This document shows positions 17,047-26,689 of a DNA stretch of 50,018 bases, piece after piece. Every line of letters starts with the position of its first letter. Position 1 is the first letter of the stretch. The notes under the pieces are model-generated. The model did no database searches, was not told the DNA's origin, and saw only the letters and a list, made by a program, of their open reading frames with translations. The DNA is from a bacterium (GTDB taxonomy: Bacteria; Blakebacterota; Blakebacteria; Blakebacterales; Blakebacteraceae): the NCBI GenBank assembly GCA_025774615.1, contig JALGVQ010000019.1, forward strand, positions 1-50,018. Reading direction: 5' to 3'. The position numbers and the translations under genes were made by a program.

Positions 17047-19437
17047 ATGACGATATCTGAAGCGCTATATGGTATCACTACCATCGGCATCCGGGATGGT
17101 GGGCATCCCGTCCTGCGGACAGCCGCCGACCTGCTCTCACAGGAGACAGGAGCGGAGATCGAGGTCGTCCCTGATCCAGCAGCGATGACCGGGCATGCGG
17201 GGACATTCCTTGTTTTCGACTCTCCCACAGACCTTCCCTCGATTGAGGGACTGTCTGAGGCTATGCGGGAGGGGGGGGAGGGTGTCTGGCTTACCCTGAG
17301 GGAGAACGGGTCGGGCCTGGTCGCGCCGACCGACGATCGTTTCCTCTACGGCTTCATGGCCCGTCTGCTCCGGCACGCGGGTGAAAGTCCCCTTGCTGAT
17401 ATCGAGCGAGGACGGTTCTTCCCGGCCGCCTTCTCGTGGAACCGGACCGCATACGATTTCTTCCTGAACCAGGAGGGCCGGATCCAGCAGGGACTCGACC
17501 GGGAGTCGTACATCGAGCGTCTCGCTTCCTCGGGCTTCACCCACCTGGAGGTGAACGGGCTGGCCGCTCCCACCGGACTCGAGACCGGTCCCCCGGGTGA
17601 GATCTACCCGATGTTCTACACCTATTGCCCCGCGCTCGACCAGTTCACATCCAGCCGTCTGAACACCGGGCTCTATCCTGAGGAGTGGCTCGCCGCCAAC
17701 CTGGCCCGATTGAAGGAGAACGCCCGGCTCGTCCGGTCGTACGGGCTTGTTCCCGGACTTCTCTGTTTCGAGCCCAGGTCGGTACCGGATGAGTTCTTCA
17801 CGAAGTACCCCATGCTGCGCGGTGCCCGGGTGGATCACCCCTTCAGAAGCTTCAAGCCCCGCTACAACATGACCATCACCCATCCGCTCGTGCGGGAGCA
17901 CTACGCGGAGATGCTCCAGAACCTGCTGAACGAGGTCCCCGATCTGGGGTTCATCTCCATCTGGACCAACGACAGCGGCGCCGGATTCGAGTACACGAAG
18001 TCGCTCTACGTGGGACGCAACGGGGGCGCTTACCTGATCCGGGAGTGGAAGGACGATGAGGAGATCGCCAGGGCGGCCGGGGAGAACGCGCTCACCTTCT
18101 TGCGTACCCTCAGAGACGCGGGGCGGGATCTGAATCCCGGTTTTCGGGTCATCACGCGGCTGGAATCGTTCTACGGGGAGCACGATACCATCTGGGAGGG
18201 GGTGGAGGAGGGGATCGACGTGGAGACCACCTCGCTGGTCGGACGGGGATGGGAGATGCCCTATACGCATCCCCGCTATCCCGATTCCCGTTCGATCAAC
18301 GGCGGGACCGTCTATCAGCTCTCGTTCGATGAGCGGGAGAAGGATCTGATGGCAGATCTGGCAGAACGGTCAAGCCGCCCTCACTTCTATTTCGCGGCCG
18401 GCCCCAATTCCATGTTCGCGCCGCTGTTGGGCGTCCCCTATCCACGGCTCACCTGGCAGCGGCTGCACCTGCTCCACCGCGAAGGTGTGCGGAACCTGGC
18501 CCACATGGGAGGAACCTGTCCGCCGGATATCGTTCCCTTCAACATCAACCATGAAGTGGTGAGCCTCTTCCAGTTCGATCCCGACCTCGACCCGGAGGTG
18601 GAGATCGCGCGGATCTCCAGCGAGTGGGCCGGAGACGACCGGGGGGAGACACTGCGGGAGGCGTGGAAGCTGACCGAGGAAGCAATCCTGGCCTTCCCGA
18701 ACATCACACCGCTCTATTCGACCTTCGGCTTCGTCTGGTACCGGCTGTGGGCCCGTCCCTTTGTGCCTGATATCGAAGCGATCCCGCTGTCCGAACGGGC
18801 GTACTACCAGGAGTGGATGTGCACCACGCCGCATAATCCCAACAACGTCGACCTGAGCCGGGATGTGCTCTTCGAACTGATGACCCCCGAACAGTGCGAA
18901 CGTGACCTCGAGCGTATCGATACCAACCTGTGGGGGCCGCTCGACAGCGCGATCACTCTGCTGGAGGGGATCCGCGGCAAGGCCGGAAATAGAGGGGGAG
19001 AGGGTGACGGGAGCGATGTCGATGGTGATGTAACAGACGTGATCGAGGATCAGTATGTTCGGATCTCCGCCCTGCGCTGCTGGTTCGAAACACAGCGCAA
19101 CGTGGCGGCCTGGGTGGCCGGTGTCTACGGCTACATGAAGGCGAAAGAGCAGGGAGATGACGGCGGGATGTCCACTTCTGTCTCACTTCTCGGGGAGATG
19201 ATCGATCGTGAGATCGCGAACTCACATCGCCTGCTCGGGCTCCTCGACTCGGGGATCGAGTTCATGGCCACCACCGACCTGGAAGAGACCCAGCTCATCC
19301 ACGGGCGGAACCTGGACGAACTGCTCCGGAAACGGATCGCCCTGATGGAGGCTCACCGGGAGGATGAGCCCTTCATAGATCCCGATTACATCGAGCGGCA
19401 GGCCGGACGGGAGATCCCGACCGGCTGGCGTCCCTGA
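17047..19437 (+). CDS. 796-aa conserved-looking protein of unknown function (possibly a TIM-barrel glycosidase-like enzyme)
   Basis: ATG 17047 lies 4 nt after the preceding stop. The listed ORF start at 16879 lies inside the aminotransferase gene and is rejected. No signal peptide. Segments such as YIERLASSGFTHLEVNGL and ISIWTNDSGAGFEY suggest a (beta/alpha)8 enzyme, but I cannot assign a family. Confidence 0.75.
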   Translation: MTISEALYGITTIGIRDGGHPVLRTAADLLSQETGAEIEVVPDPAAMTGHAGTFLVFDSPTDLPSIEGLSEAMREGGEGVWLTLRENGSGLVAPTDDRFLYGFMARLLRHAGESPLADIERGRFFPAAFSWNRTAYDFFLNQEGRIQQGLDRESYIERLASSGFTHLEVNGLAAPTGLETGPPGEIYPMFYTYCPALDQFTSSRLNTGLYPEEWLAANLARLKENARLVRSYGLVPGLLCFEPRSVPDEFFTKYPMLRGARVDHPFRSFKPRYNMTITHPLVREHYAEMLQNLLNEVPDLGFISIWTNDSGAGFEYTKSLYVGRNGGAYLIREWKDDEEIARAAGENALTFLRTLRDAGRDLNPGFRVITRLESFYGEHDTIWEGVEEGIDVETTSLVGRGWEMPYTHPRYPDSRSINGGTVYQLSFDEREKDLMADLAERSSRPHFYFAAGPNSMFAPLLGVPYPRLTWQRLHLLHREGVRNLAHMGGTCPPDIVPFNINHEVVSLFQFDPDLDPEVEIARISSEWAGDDRGETLREAWKLTEEAILAFPNITPLYSTFGFVWYRLWARPFVPDIEAIPLSERAYYQEWMCTTPHNPNNVDLSRDVLFELMTPEQCERDLERIDTNLWGPLDSAITLLEGIRGKAGNRGGEGDGSDVDGDVTDVIEDQYVRISALRCWFETQRNVAAWVAGVYGYMKAKEQGDDGGMSTSVSLLGEMIDREIANSHRLLGLLDSGIEFMATTDLEETQLIHGRNLDELLRKRIALMEAHREDEPFIDPDYIERQAGREIPTGWRP

Positions 19438-19510
19438 GCAGGTCAGCCTGATCAACCTGTTGCGGAACGGAAAAGGGGCCGGCAGAGCAGACACATGCGT
19501 CTATAGACGG

Positions 19511-19551
19511 CAAAAACGGGAGCGGACAACTGTCCGCCCCCGTTTTCTTTT
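19511..19551. terminator. bidirectional intrinsic terminator between convergent genes
   Basis: CAAAAA, then ACGGGAGCGGAC, loop AACT, then GTCCGCCCCCGT, then TTTTCTTTT. This is a 12-position stem with one mismatch, flanked by an A-run on one side and a T-run on the other. It sits between the stop at 19437 (+) and the stop at 19575 (-). Confidence 0.65.
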
Positions 19552-19574
19552 GTGCTTCTCCTTCGAGTCCCGGT

Positions 19575-21526
19575 CTAGCCGGCGTTTTCGATCAGCTGTC
19601 CGGGCGAGACGATCGATCCGTACGTGTCCTTGAGCGCGAGCAGGTCCTTCTTCTGCGCTTCATAAACCTCGAAGATCCGCTTCGGGACATCCTGGTCTTT
19701 GCCGTACGCTTCCGCCTGCAGGTCGATGCGGTCCACGATGTTGTCGACGTACAGCGCGAACTGCTTATTGTACAGGTCTTCCGGATAGTCCTTATCGATC
19801 TTCTCCATGAACAGATTCTTCAGATCATCGTACTTGGGAATGACGCCGATCGGTGTTTCGATCCCGTCGACTTCCGAGTGAGCCAGCAGTTCCAGCCAGC
19901 CGAGCCAGACCCAAGGAGTTTGGTGCCCTCCGTGCCGCCGCGAGCATCGTGCGTCAGGAAATAGTTGAGACCGGCCATGACCGGCCTGAACTCATCATTG
20001 ATCAGGTTGCTGTTGAAGAAGTCGAACTGCAGCTGCATGTAGTCGCCCAGGGCACCGGGGATGAACGGAGCGTTCGCCCACGGGGCGCGCTTCACGCCAG
20101 TGGCGCCGACTTCCGTCGCCGTGGCGGCCGAGACAATCGACGCACCGATCGAGACGCCTTCGTCGGGATTCTTGGCCACCCAGACCGGTGGCATGGTGTC
20201 GCTGTCACGGCCGCTGTAGGTAATCACGCGGATGGGAGCACCATCGCCCGATTCGGCCACTTCGGAGAACGTGTCCAGGGCGCTCGATTGCAGCGTGCAG
20301 CGGGCGTTGGGGTGGGAGAGCGGGATGGGCTTGCCGTTATCGTCCGTCATTCCCTCCTGCCATTCCCCCTGGAAGTTGAAACCTTCCTTCGCGTGCTCTT
20401 CCCCGTTTCCTGCCCAGTGCGGCTTCAGGTCGTCGTCGATCAGCACGTTCGACCAGATCACTTCCGTGCCTTCCTGGCGGAGCAGTTTCATCAACAGGGG
20501 ATCACCTTCTTCGTTCACGTCTTGGACGATGCCGAAAATACCGGCTTCCGGGTTGATCGCCCGGACGGTACCGTCGTCGGCAATCCACATCTGCGCGAGG
20601 TCGTCGCCGACGAAGTCGGTGCCCACCATCGCAGTGGTGGTCTTGCCGCAGCCGCTGGGGGCGGCGCCGGCAAAGAAGGTGACGCGCCCACCCGGACCGC
20701 GCAGGCCGGTGATGAACATATGCTCGGAGACCTCCCTGTCCTTGCCGTAGTACACCGATTTATCTACTGCGAAGCGGTGGTTGCCCTTCTTCATCAGCAG
20801 AGTGTTACCCGCGTAGGTGCAGAACATGCTGAAGGTGGTCCACCAGCTGCGGTCCATGTATACGCGGGCGTTGGGCAGGTCTTCGAGGCGGTTCGCTCCC
20901 TCGCTGTGCACATTCGTGAAGAAGTGTCCCAGACGCTCGACTTCCCGTTCGAAATCCTCGAAAACGTTCCGGTACAGCAGTTCGGCGCTGTGGCACACAT
21001 AAGCGGAGCTGGTGATCTCGAGCGCGGGGTTTGACACGGGCGCGCCGACGGGTCCTCGCATGTAGAATCCGACCACCATCGGCATGCCCTTCATGATGCC
21101 GGTCATCTTCTCCCTGACGTCCACCAGCGCCTCGTCGCGCAGCTTCTTGTTGGCCAGCGCGCTGACGGACTCCCCCTCGTTTATGATGTAGAACGTGCGG
21201 TCGACGATGCGACCCTGCTCGTCTTTGAGGTCATAGTGGATCGTGTGGTTCTTGAGCTTGAGCGGTTTTTCCTCACCCTTTTCCAACGCCAGGTTGCGGA
21301 CCCACTGTTTGTCTTCTTCCGACCCGGTATTGATGAAGACGCTGTCGGGCTCACACATCGCAATCGCGTTGGCGATCTTCAAGCGAACTTCGGAGTTTTT
21401 GATCCTGTCCAGTTTGGCCAGGTTAACATCGTCCATCTTCTCCTGAAAGATGGCGTTTGCTTGATCCTCCGTCTTGACCCCACCGATCTCAGACAGGATG
21501 TCGATGCCCGCTTTAAGCTCTAGCAT
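19575..21526 (-). pseudogene. pckG: GTP-dependent phosphoenolpyruvate carboxykinase interrupted by a single frame shift near 19905-19915
   Basis: The 568-aa ORF (19820..21526) carries the GTP-PEPCK P-loop-like AAPSGCGKTT and a GGAGGT RBS. After ...GTEGTKLLG it reads nonsense (SGSAGWNCWLTRKST...) to a stop. Shifting frame at the CCC/GGG around 19910-19912 gives VWLGWLELLAHSEVDGIETPIGVIPKYDDLKNLF, which runs straight into the 77-aa ORF (19575..19808, MEKIDKDYPEDLYNKQF...). Confidence 0.85.
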
Positions 21527-21623
21527 GGTGTTTTACCTCCGGGGTTGGATAGAAGTGTTACTATGACCAAATGTATATTCTCAGTAGTAATAAGCGAAGC
21601 GTATATGAGGACCTCCACCCGAT

Positions 21624-23798
21624 TCAGAACTTCCTGATCCAGAAGTAATCGAACCCGAACCGGCCCGCTTCGACACATTCCAGGACCAGCTCGTGTTCAC
21701 CTGCCTCCAGCGCTCCCCGGCGGAAGCCGGTGCTGAGCAGACGGCGGGCGAACCCGCTTCGCAGGACCAGCTCAGACTTCCCGCGTTCTCCCATCCCGGC
21801 GCCGCCGAGATTGGTCACTTCGAGCGGTGAACCGTCGAGCGATATGCGCAGGCTGCCCGACTCGGGCCAGTGGGCTGCCACCAGGTTGATAGCGTGATCA
21901 CCACTCTCCTCGATCTCGAAGGTGACCGTCAGGCGGTCACCGGCCTCGGCATTCCAGCAGAACAGACTTCCCCGCGATGCTCCTGGCTGCGCTTTCTCCG
22001 TGTCCAGGTCCCCGCCGGTGACGCTGTGCGTCATCGCATCCAGGTGGTGGAAGGTCGAGTTGCTCGCCCCGCCATAGGCCTCCGGTTCATACACGGGCAG
22101 GTCCCTGACCACCAGTTCGGATATCTGTACCCGGCGGTGATCGTCGAGAGCGCCCGGCCGGGCGTAGCAGTAGGCGATCCGGTCGTAACAGAGACCGGGA
22201 AATGCCCGGTGATGCCACAGCTCGAGGTAGAAGGCGAAGTGGTCGGAGAATGGCACCGAGTCGAGGATGTGCCAGCGGTGATTCGAAATATATCCCAGAG
22301 TGCCCGGGCCGGTGTCGAGGGGCTGTCCGCAGTAGGGATGATCGAACAGGTCGGGACGGCTCCATGAGTAATTGTAGTAGTCCTCCGTGCCGGTCCCGAA
22401 GAAGACGGGGAAGGGATCGTCGTCCACGAAGATCTTCTCATCACCCTCGCCCCACCAGTTGCCTCCGGGTGTGGGTACGGCTGAGGGATTCACCAGGAAC
22501 GATGCCGCGCCCACGAAACGTCCCTGGCCCTTCAGCACCACAAAGGGCACATCGAAGGGACCGGATGCCAGGTCGAGATCGTGGTCGCTCCTCCATCTGG
22601 CGCGGAAGTAGAGGGAAGTGTCGTCCCACTGCCACGGGGAGACGTTGATCGTCGTCTCGATATGGATCCAATCATCGGAGTGGTTCGTGAAGCGTAAGAG
22701 GGCGGTTTCCTGGAACGGCATGACGAACCGGCAGGTCATCGTCCCGTCCTCGCTGACGCTCATCGGCAGACTGTCATAGGGATTCACGCCTGGTCCTGAA
22801 CCGAAGAAGTCACCGGCGGGGGACTCGACCTGGTGCCGGGCCGCTCCATCGAATGCGATCTGAAGCAGGGTGCCGCGCAGTGCCTTCCACAGGTCGGGGG
22901 CAGTGACGCGCAGAGTGAACAGGGTGATGGCTCCGCTGGTGCCTGCCGAGGAGGCTTCGAGGTCCCAGCTGGTACCCGGAGCGAGGTCGGCCGAGCGTTC
23001 GTAGAGGGTGCCGGTCGGGGGAGAGGGGGGTGTGAGAAGTGCGGAAGCCGCAAGGAGCAGGTCCTCCTCACCGCGCCCGAGGTCCCGAACGGGATCGAAG
23101 CTCCTGACCCGGGTGCCCTCCTCGTACAGACGAACCTCAACATGGTAGAAGTGGAGTTCCTCCAGGTTGCCCTCCCAGGTGATGGTCAGCGACCGATTGA
23201 ACGGGATCGGCAGATAGTCGGCGTCCTGCTGGCGGAAGGCGTCTTCGCAATCGATATCCAGTCCCGCCTCTTCGAGGAACACGTCAGATTTTGCTGCAAG
23301 GAAGCTATAGGCGTCGCCCAGGTAGAGCGGTGAACTCGGGGCGTCGAGATAGACGTGGAGAGTGCCGGCCATCCTGGCTGACCAGGTCCGCACGATCGCT
23401 CCCGGTCCGTTCACCTCGCAGAGCAGGTAACTTCCGATGCCCTCCTCGTCTGGCTCGCGCAATACCCTCAGGAACCCGGGGATCGGTTCCCGTCCGAAAC
23501 CGTCGGAGTTGGAGAACCATCCCTCTTCCTCGGGAGAGACCGAACGCCTGTCGTAACTGGAGAACTGGATTGTCCGGTAGCCGGGGGCAGGCAGCCTCCC
23601 GAGTTCCGACAGGTCGGTCATCTCCTGGAGCAGGGTCGCGGTCGTGATCGTCCTCGCGCGTCCGCCCCCGGCCTGGGCCGAGGCGGGAACTGCGAGCAGG
23701 ACCACGATCAGCGCAGAGAGGATGGGGTAAGGGATAGAGCAAAGGATGCAGTCGAGGACGGGGGAGATGATGGAGTGGAGGCGAACTGGTCGATTCAT
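21624..23798 (-). CDS. DUF2961 / GH172-family protein with C-terminal beta-rich extension, secreted
   Basis: 724 aa from ATG 23798 (MNRPVRLH..., signal peptide ending AVPASAQAGG). The longer listed start at 23930 would overlap the upstream gene. DUF2961 hallmark WWGEGDEKIFVDD...FFGTGTEDYYNYSW. There are about 170 aa beyond the DUF2961 core. Confidence 0.75.
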   Translation of the reverse strand: MNRPVRLHSIISPVLDCILCSIPYPILSALIVVLLAVPASAQAGGGRARTITTATLLQEMTDLSELGRLPAPGYRTIQFSSYDRRSVSPEEEGWFSNSDGFGREPIPGFLRVLREPDEEGIGSYLLCEVNGPGAIVRTWSARMAGTLHVYLDAPSSPLYLGDAYSFLAAKSDVFLEEAGLDIDCEDAFRQQDADYLPIPFNRSLTITWEGNLEELHFYHVEVRLYEEGTRVRSFDPVRDLGRGEEDLLLAASALLTPPSPPTGTLYERSADLAPGTSWDLEASSAGTSGAITLFTLRVTAPDLWKALRGTLLQIAFDGAARHQVESPAGDFFGSGPGVNPYDSLPMSVSEDGTMTCRFVMPFQETALLRFTNHSDDWIHIETTINVSPWQWDDTSLYFRARWRSDHDLDLASGPFDVPFVVLKGQGRFVGAASFLVNPSAVPTPGGNWWGEGDEKIFVDDDPFPVFFGTGTEDYYNYSWSRPDLFDHPYCGQPLDTGPGTLGYISNHRWHILDSVPFSDHFAFYLELWHHRAFPGLCYDRIAYCYARPGALDDHRRVQISELVVRDLPVYEPEAYGGASNSTFHHLDAMTHSVTGGDLDTEKAQPGASRGSLFCWNAEAGDRLTVTFEIEESGDHAINLVAAHWPESGSLRISLDGSPLEVTNLGGAGMGERGKSELVLRSGFARRLLSTGFRRGALEAGEHELVLECVEAGRFGFDYFWIRKF

Positions 23799-23835
23799 CT
23801 TCTGGGCCTTTCGATCTTGGGCATTCCAGGCGCAA

Positions 23836-24870
23836 CTATAACGCCAGCATCCCTTCTTCATAGAACGCATGAATGTTCTCCAACGGTGTATCCGCCTGGA
23901 TGTGATGGGCAGGAGCCAGGATGTAACCACCGCCTTCGCCGCATTCGCTCTTCAGTTTTCGGACTGCGGCACGGACCTCGTCCGGTGTACCGTGCGGCAT
24001 TGTATGCTGTACACAGAGTCCGCCGAAAAGCGCCAGGTGTTTCCCGTAACGGCGCTTCACCGCGAACGGATCGATCGCCGTCGGCTGCAGCGGGTTCAGG
24101 ACATCCAACCCGATCTCCACCATGTCGTCCAGGACCGCCTCACAGTTGCCACAACTGTGATAGGCTACCTTGATGTTCGGATTGATTTTCTTCGGCTCCG
24201 CGAAGAGTGTTGCCAGTCGCGGTTTCAGATACGTACGCCACATATCGACCGATATCATCATCCCCTGCTGGTGCGATATATCGTCCCCGAACCAGACCAT
24301 ATCCGCGCCCGATTCCGCATGCCTGCGCGAAGCGATCAGCGGAAAACGCATGACCTTGTCCAGCAATGCATTTGTGTAATCCGGATCGAGTGCCATATCC
24401 ATCAGGAACTCTTCCATCCCGCGCAGGTACCAGGCCGCCTCGAAGATGCTGATCTGGCTGGAACCGACCATCCATTTTTCTTTCCCGTACAGATCCTTCA
24501 TTTTCCGGAACGTCTCGTAATGCGAATCCAGTTCCGGATCCGGGATGATGAAGCTCTCCAGCTTCGACTTGTCACCGGCCAGCGGTGGACCGACGATCTC
24601 GGTATATTCCCCGATTCCGTAGCTCACCCAACGCCAGCGGATGCCCCAGGGACAGGTGTACTCCGGTCTCTCTCCACCATAGAAACTCAGTTCCAGGCCG
24701 GCAGAGGTCGTCACCAGATCACTCCCCAGTGCTGCCCCCAGATCCGGTTCCTTCTCACCGATCTCCGCTTGCAGCTGCGCCTGTATCTCCGGAACGAACG
24801 TTGCATAGATGGGGGGACGATCCGGGGTCTCGAAATTCAGGGCCATCTCGACACGTGTGCGTGAATCCAT
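23836..24870 (-). CDS. URO-D/MtaA-superfamily protein, paralog 2
   Basis: 344 aa. Paralogous to 834..1886 and 35431..36588 (shared GGGYILAP..H C-terminal block). Carries YHSCG (an H-x-C-G motif). Confidence 0.7.
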   Translation of the reverse strand: MDSRTRVEMALNFETPDRPPIYATFVPEIQAQLQAEIGEKEPDLGAALGSDLVTTSAGLELSFYGGERPEYTCPWGIRWRWVSYGIGEYTEIVGPPLAGDKSKLESFIIPDPELDSHYETFRKMKDLYGKEKWMVGSSQISIFEAAWYLRGMEEFLMDMALDPDYTNALLDKVMRFPLIASRRHAESGADMVWFGDDISHQQGMMISVDMWRTYLKPRLATLFAEPKKINPNIKVAYHSCGNCEAVLDDMVEIGLDVLNPLQPTAIDPFAVKRRYGKHLALFGGLCVQHTMPHGTPDEVRAAVRKLKSECGEGGGYILAPAHHIQADTPLENIHAFYEEGMLAL

Positions 24871-25035
24871 ATCCGACTCCCCCCGGGTTCATCCCATTCT
24901 ACATCCCTGGACACCAATCTTGAAGAGGGGATGCCGGATCGACATCGATCGGCAAAGACGGTGGGCCGACAGACTGATAGAGGTGTAGACTCACCCGAAA
25001 AACAGTGCCGGTAATCGACAACAGGAGCGATGAAG

Positions 25036-26682
25036 ATGGCGGAGTACACGATCCCGGTAATTGAGAAACCGAAGAAGGTATGCGGTAACCAGGTGGTGCT
25101 GGTGGCCAGTGGTGATCTTCGCGAGTCGGCGAACCAGGTCTGCTGGCCGGCCCAGGCGGAGATGGAGAAATCCCTCAGATCGGTGGCTGCCTCTCTCGGG
25201 TACGAGATAGTCAGGGCACACCCTTACCGCCCCTCGAAGAAGCACGGGTTTATCGGTTCGCAGCGGGAGGGGATGGAGGTCTTTGCCGGTATCGATCCCG
25301 ACGCTCCGCTGATCGTGGCTGAGGCGGTCTGGCAGTACTCTCACCATGTCCTGTCCGGTCTGATCGGTCACCGGGGTCCCATCCTCACCGTCGCCAACTG
25401 GTCGGGTCAGTGGCCCGGGCTGGTCGGGATGCTCAACCTGAACGGTTCCCTCACCAGGGCAGAGGTGAAATACTCGACCCTCTGGGGTGAGGACTTCAGC
25501 GATCCCGCCTTCAGGAACAAACTGAAGACCTGGCTCGAGAAGGGGCGAGTCACCCATCGGCTCGATCACGTCACGCCGTATGAGAAGGTCCGGATACCCG
25601 CGAAGGAACGGAAGCTCGGAGAAGCACTGGCAACTCAGCTCAAACAGCAGCGTGCGATCATGGGGATCTTCGATGAGGGATGCATGGGCATGTACAACGC
25701 CATCATTCCCGACCACCTCCTGAACCCGACCGGTGTCTTCAAAGAACGGTTGAGCCAGTCGGCGCTGTATGCAGCCACCATGGCGGTACCCGATTCCGAG
25801 GCCAGGGAAGTCCTCCGCTGGATTCGCAAGGCAGGGATGAAGTTCAGGTTCGGCAAGGATGAAGCGACCGAACTGACCCGGGAGCAGGTGCTCACCCAGT
25901 GCAAGATGTACATAGCCGCGCTGCGGATTGCGGGCGAGTTCGGTTGCGATACTATCGGTATCCAGTACCAGCAGGGCCTGAAGGACTGCCTCCCCGCTTC
26001 CGACCTGGCCGAAGGGATGCTGAACGATTCGAAGCGGCCTCCGGTCAGGGATGCCCGCGGACGGATCCTCTACCGTGGCGATCCCCTGCCGCATTTCAAC
26101 GAAGTGGACGAATGCGCCGGCCTGGACGGCCTGATGATCTTCCGGGTCCACAAAGCGATGGGCGAACCGGTGGAGAACACCCTTCATGACCTGCGCTGGG
26201 GGGATGTGGACCGATCGGGCACCGTCGATGACTACGTCTGGGTATTTGAGATCAGCGGGGCCGTCCCGCCCTCTCACTTCATCGGCGGCTGGAGCGGGGC
26301 AGTGGGGGAACGCCAGCCGCCCATGTACTTCCGCCTCGGCGGGAGCACCATCAAGGGGATCAGCCGGCCCGGGGAGATCATCTGGTCGAGGATCTACGTC
26401 GAGAAGAATCGGCTGAACATGGACATCGGACGGGGGAAGGTCGTGGAACTGCCCCGGAAGGAGACACAGCGTCGGTGGGATTCCACCACACCCCAGTGGC
26501 CGATCATGCATGGTGTCACGTACGGTGTGAGCCGTGACCAGATGATGGCCCGGCACAAGGCCAACCACATCCAGGTGGTCTATGCAGGGAGTGCTGAACG
26601 GGCCGATAAGGCAATGTACGCCAGGGCCTCCATGGCTGAGGCCCTCGGCATCACGGTCAGTTTCTGCGGGACAAAGAGGTAG
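25036..26682 (+). CDS. L-fucose isomerase (FucI/AraA) family sugar isomerase
   Basis: About 548 aa. AGGAG lies 8 nt before ATG 25036 (ATG 25030 is an alternative). The N-terminal [14 protein letters not shown] resembles the FucI N-domain. [22 protein letters not shown] and the C-terminal ...[13 protein letters not shown] are FucI-family-like from memory. Substrate unknown. Confidence 0.55.
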   Translation: MAEYTIPVIEKPKKVCGNQVVLVASGDLRESANQVCWPAQAEMEKSLRSVAASLGYEIVRAHPYRPSKKHGFIGSQREGMEVFAGIDPDAPLIVAEAVWQYSHHVLSGLIGHRGPILTVANWSGQWPGLVGMLNLNGSLTRAEVKYSTLWGEDFSDPAFRNKLKTWLEKGRVTHRLDHVTPYEKVRIPAKERKLGEALATQLKQQRAIMGIFDEGCMGMYNAIIPDHLLNPTGVFKERLSQSALYAATMAVPDSEAREVLRWIRKAGMKFRFGKDEATELTREQVLTQCKMYIAALRIAGEFGCDTIGIQYQQGLKDCLPASDLAEGMLNDSKRPPVRDARGRILYRGDPLPHFNEVDECAGLDGLMIFRVHKAMGEPVENTLHDLRWGDVDRSGTVDDYVWVFEISGAVPPSHFIGGWSGAVGERQPPMYFRLGGSTIKGISRPGEIIWSRIYVEKNRLNMDIGRGKVVELPRKETQRRWDSTTPQWPIMHGVTYGVSRDQMMARHKANHIQVVYAGSAERADKAMYARASMAEALGITVSFCGTKR

Positions 26683-26689
26683 CGTCCGG

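Noticed and set aside
19853-21034. 393-aa plus-strand ORF opposite pckG
   Set aside because: It is antisense to a strongly conserved PEPCK frame, and the translation is R/G/A/V-rich without motifs.
21568-21575. TAcaTTTG (minus strand), matching the Bacteroidetes-type -7 promoter element TAnnTTTG upstream of pckG
   Set aside because: No accompanying -33 TTTG is present at the expected distance. Genes throughout the window use strong GGAGG-type Shine-Dalgarno sites, which is atypical for Bacteroidetes-style expression signals. A single 8-mer match is not meaningful.
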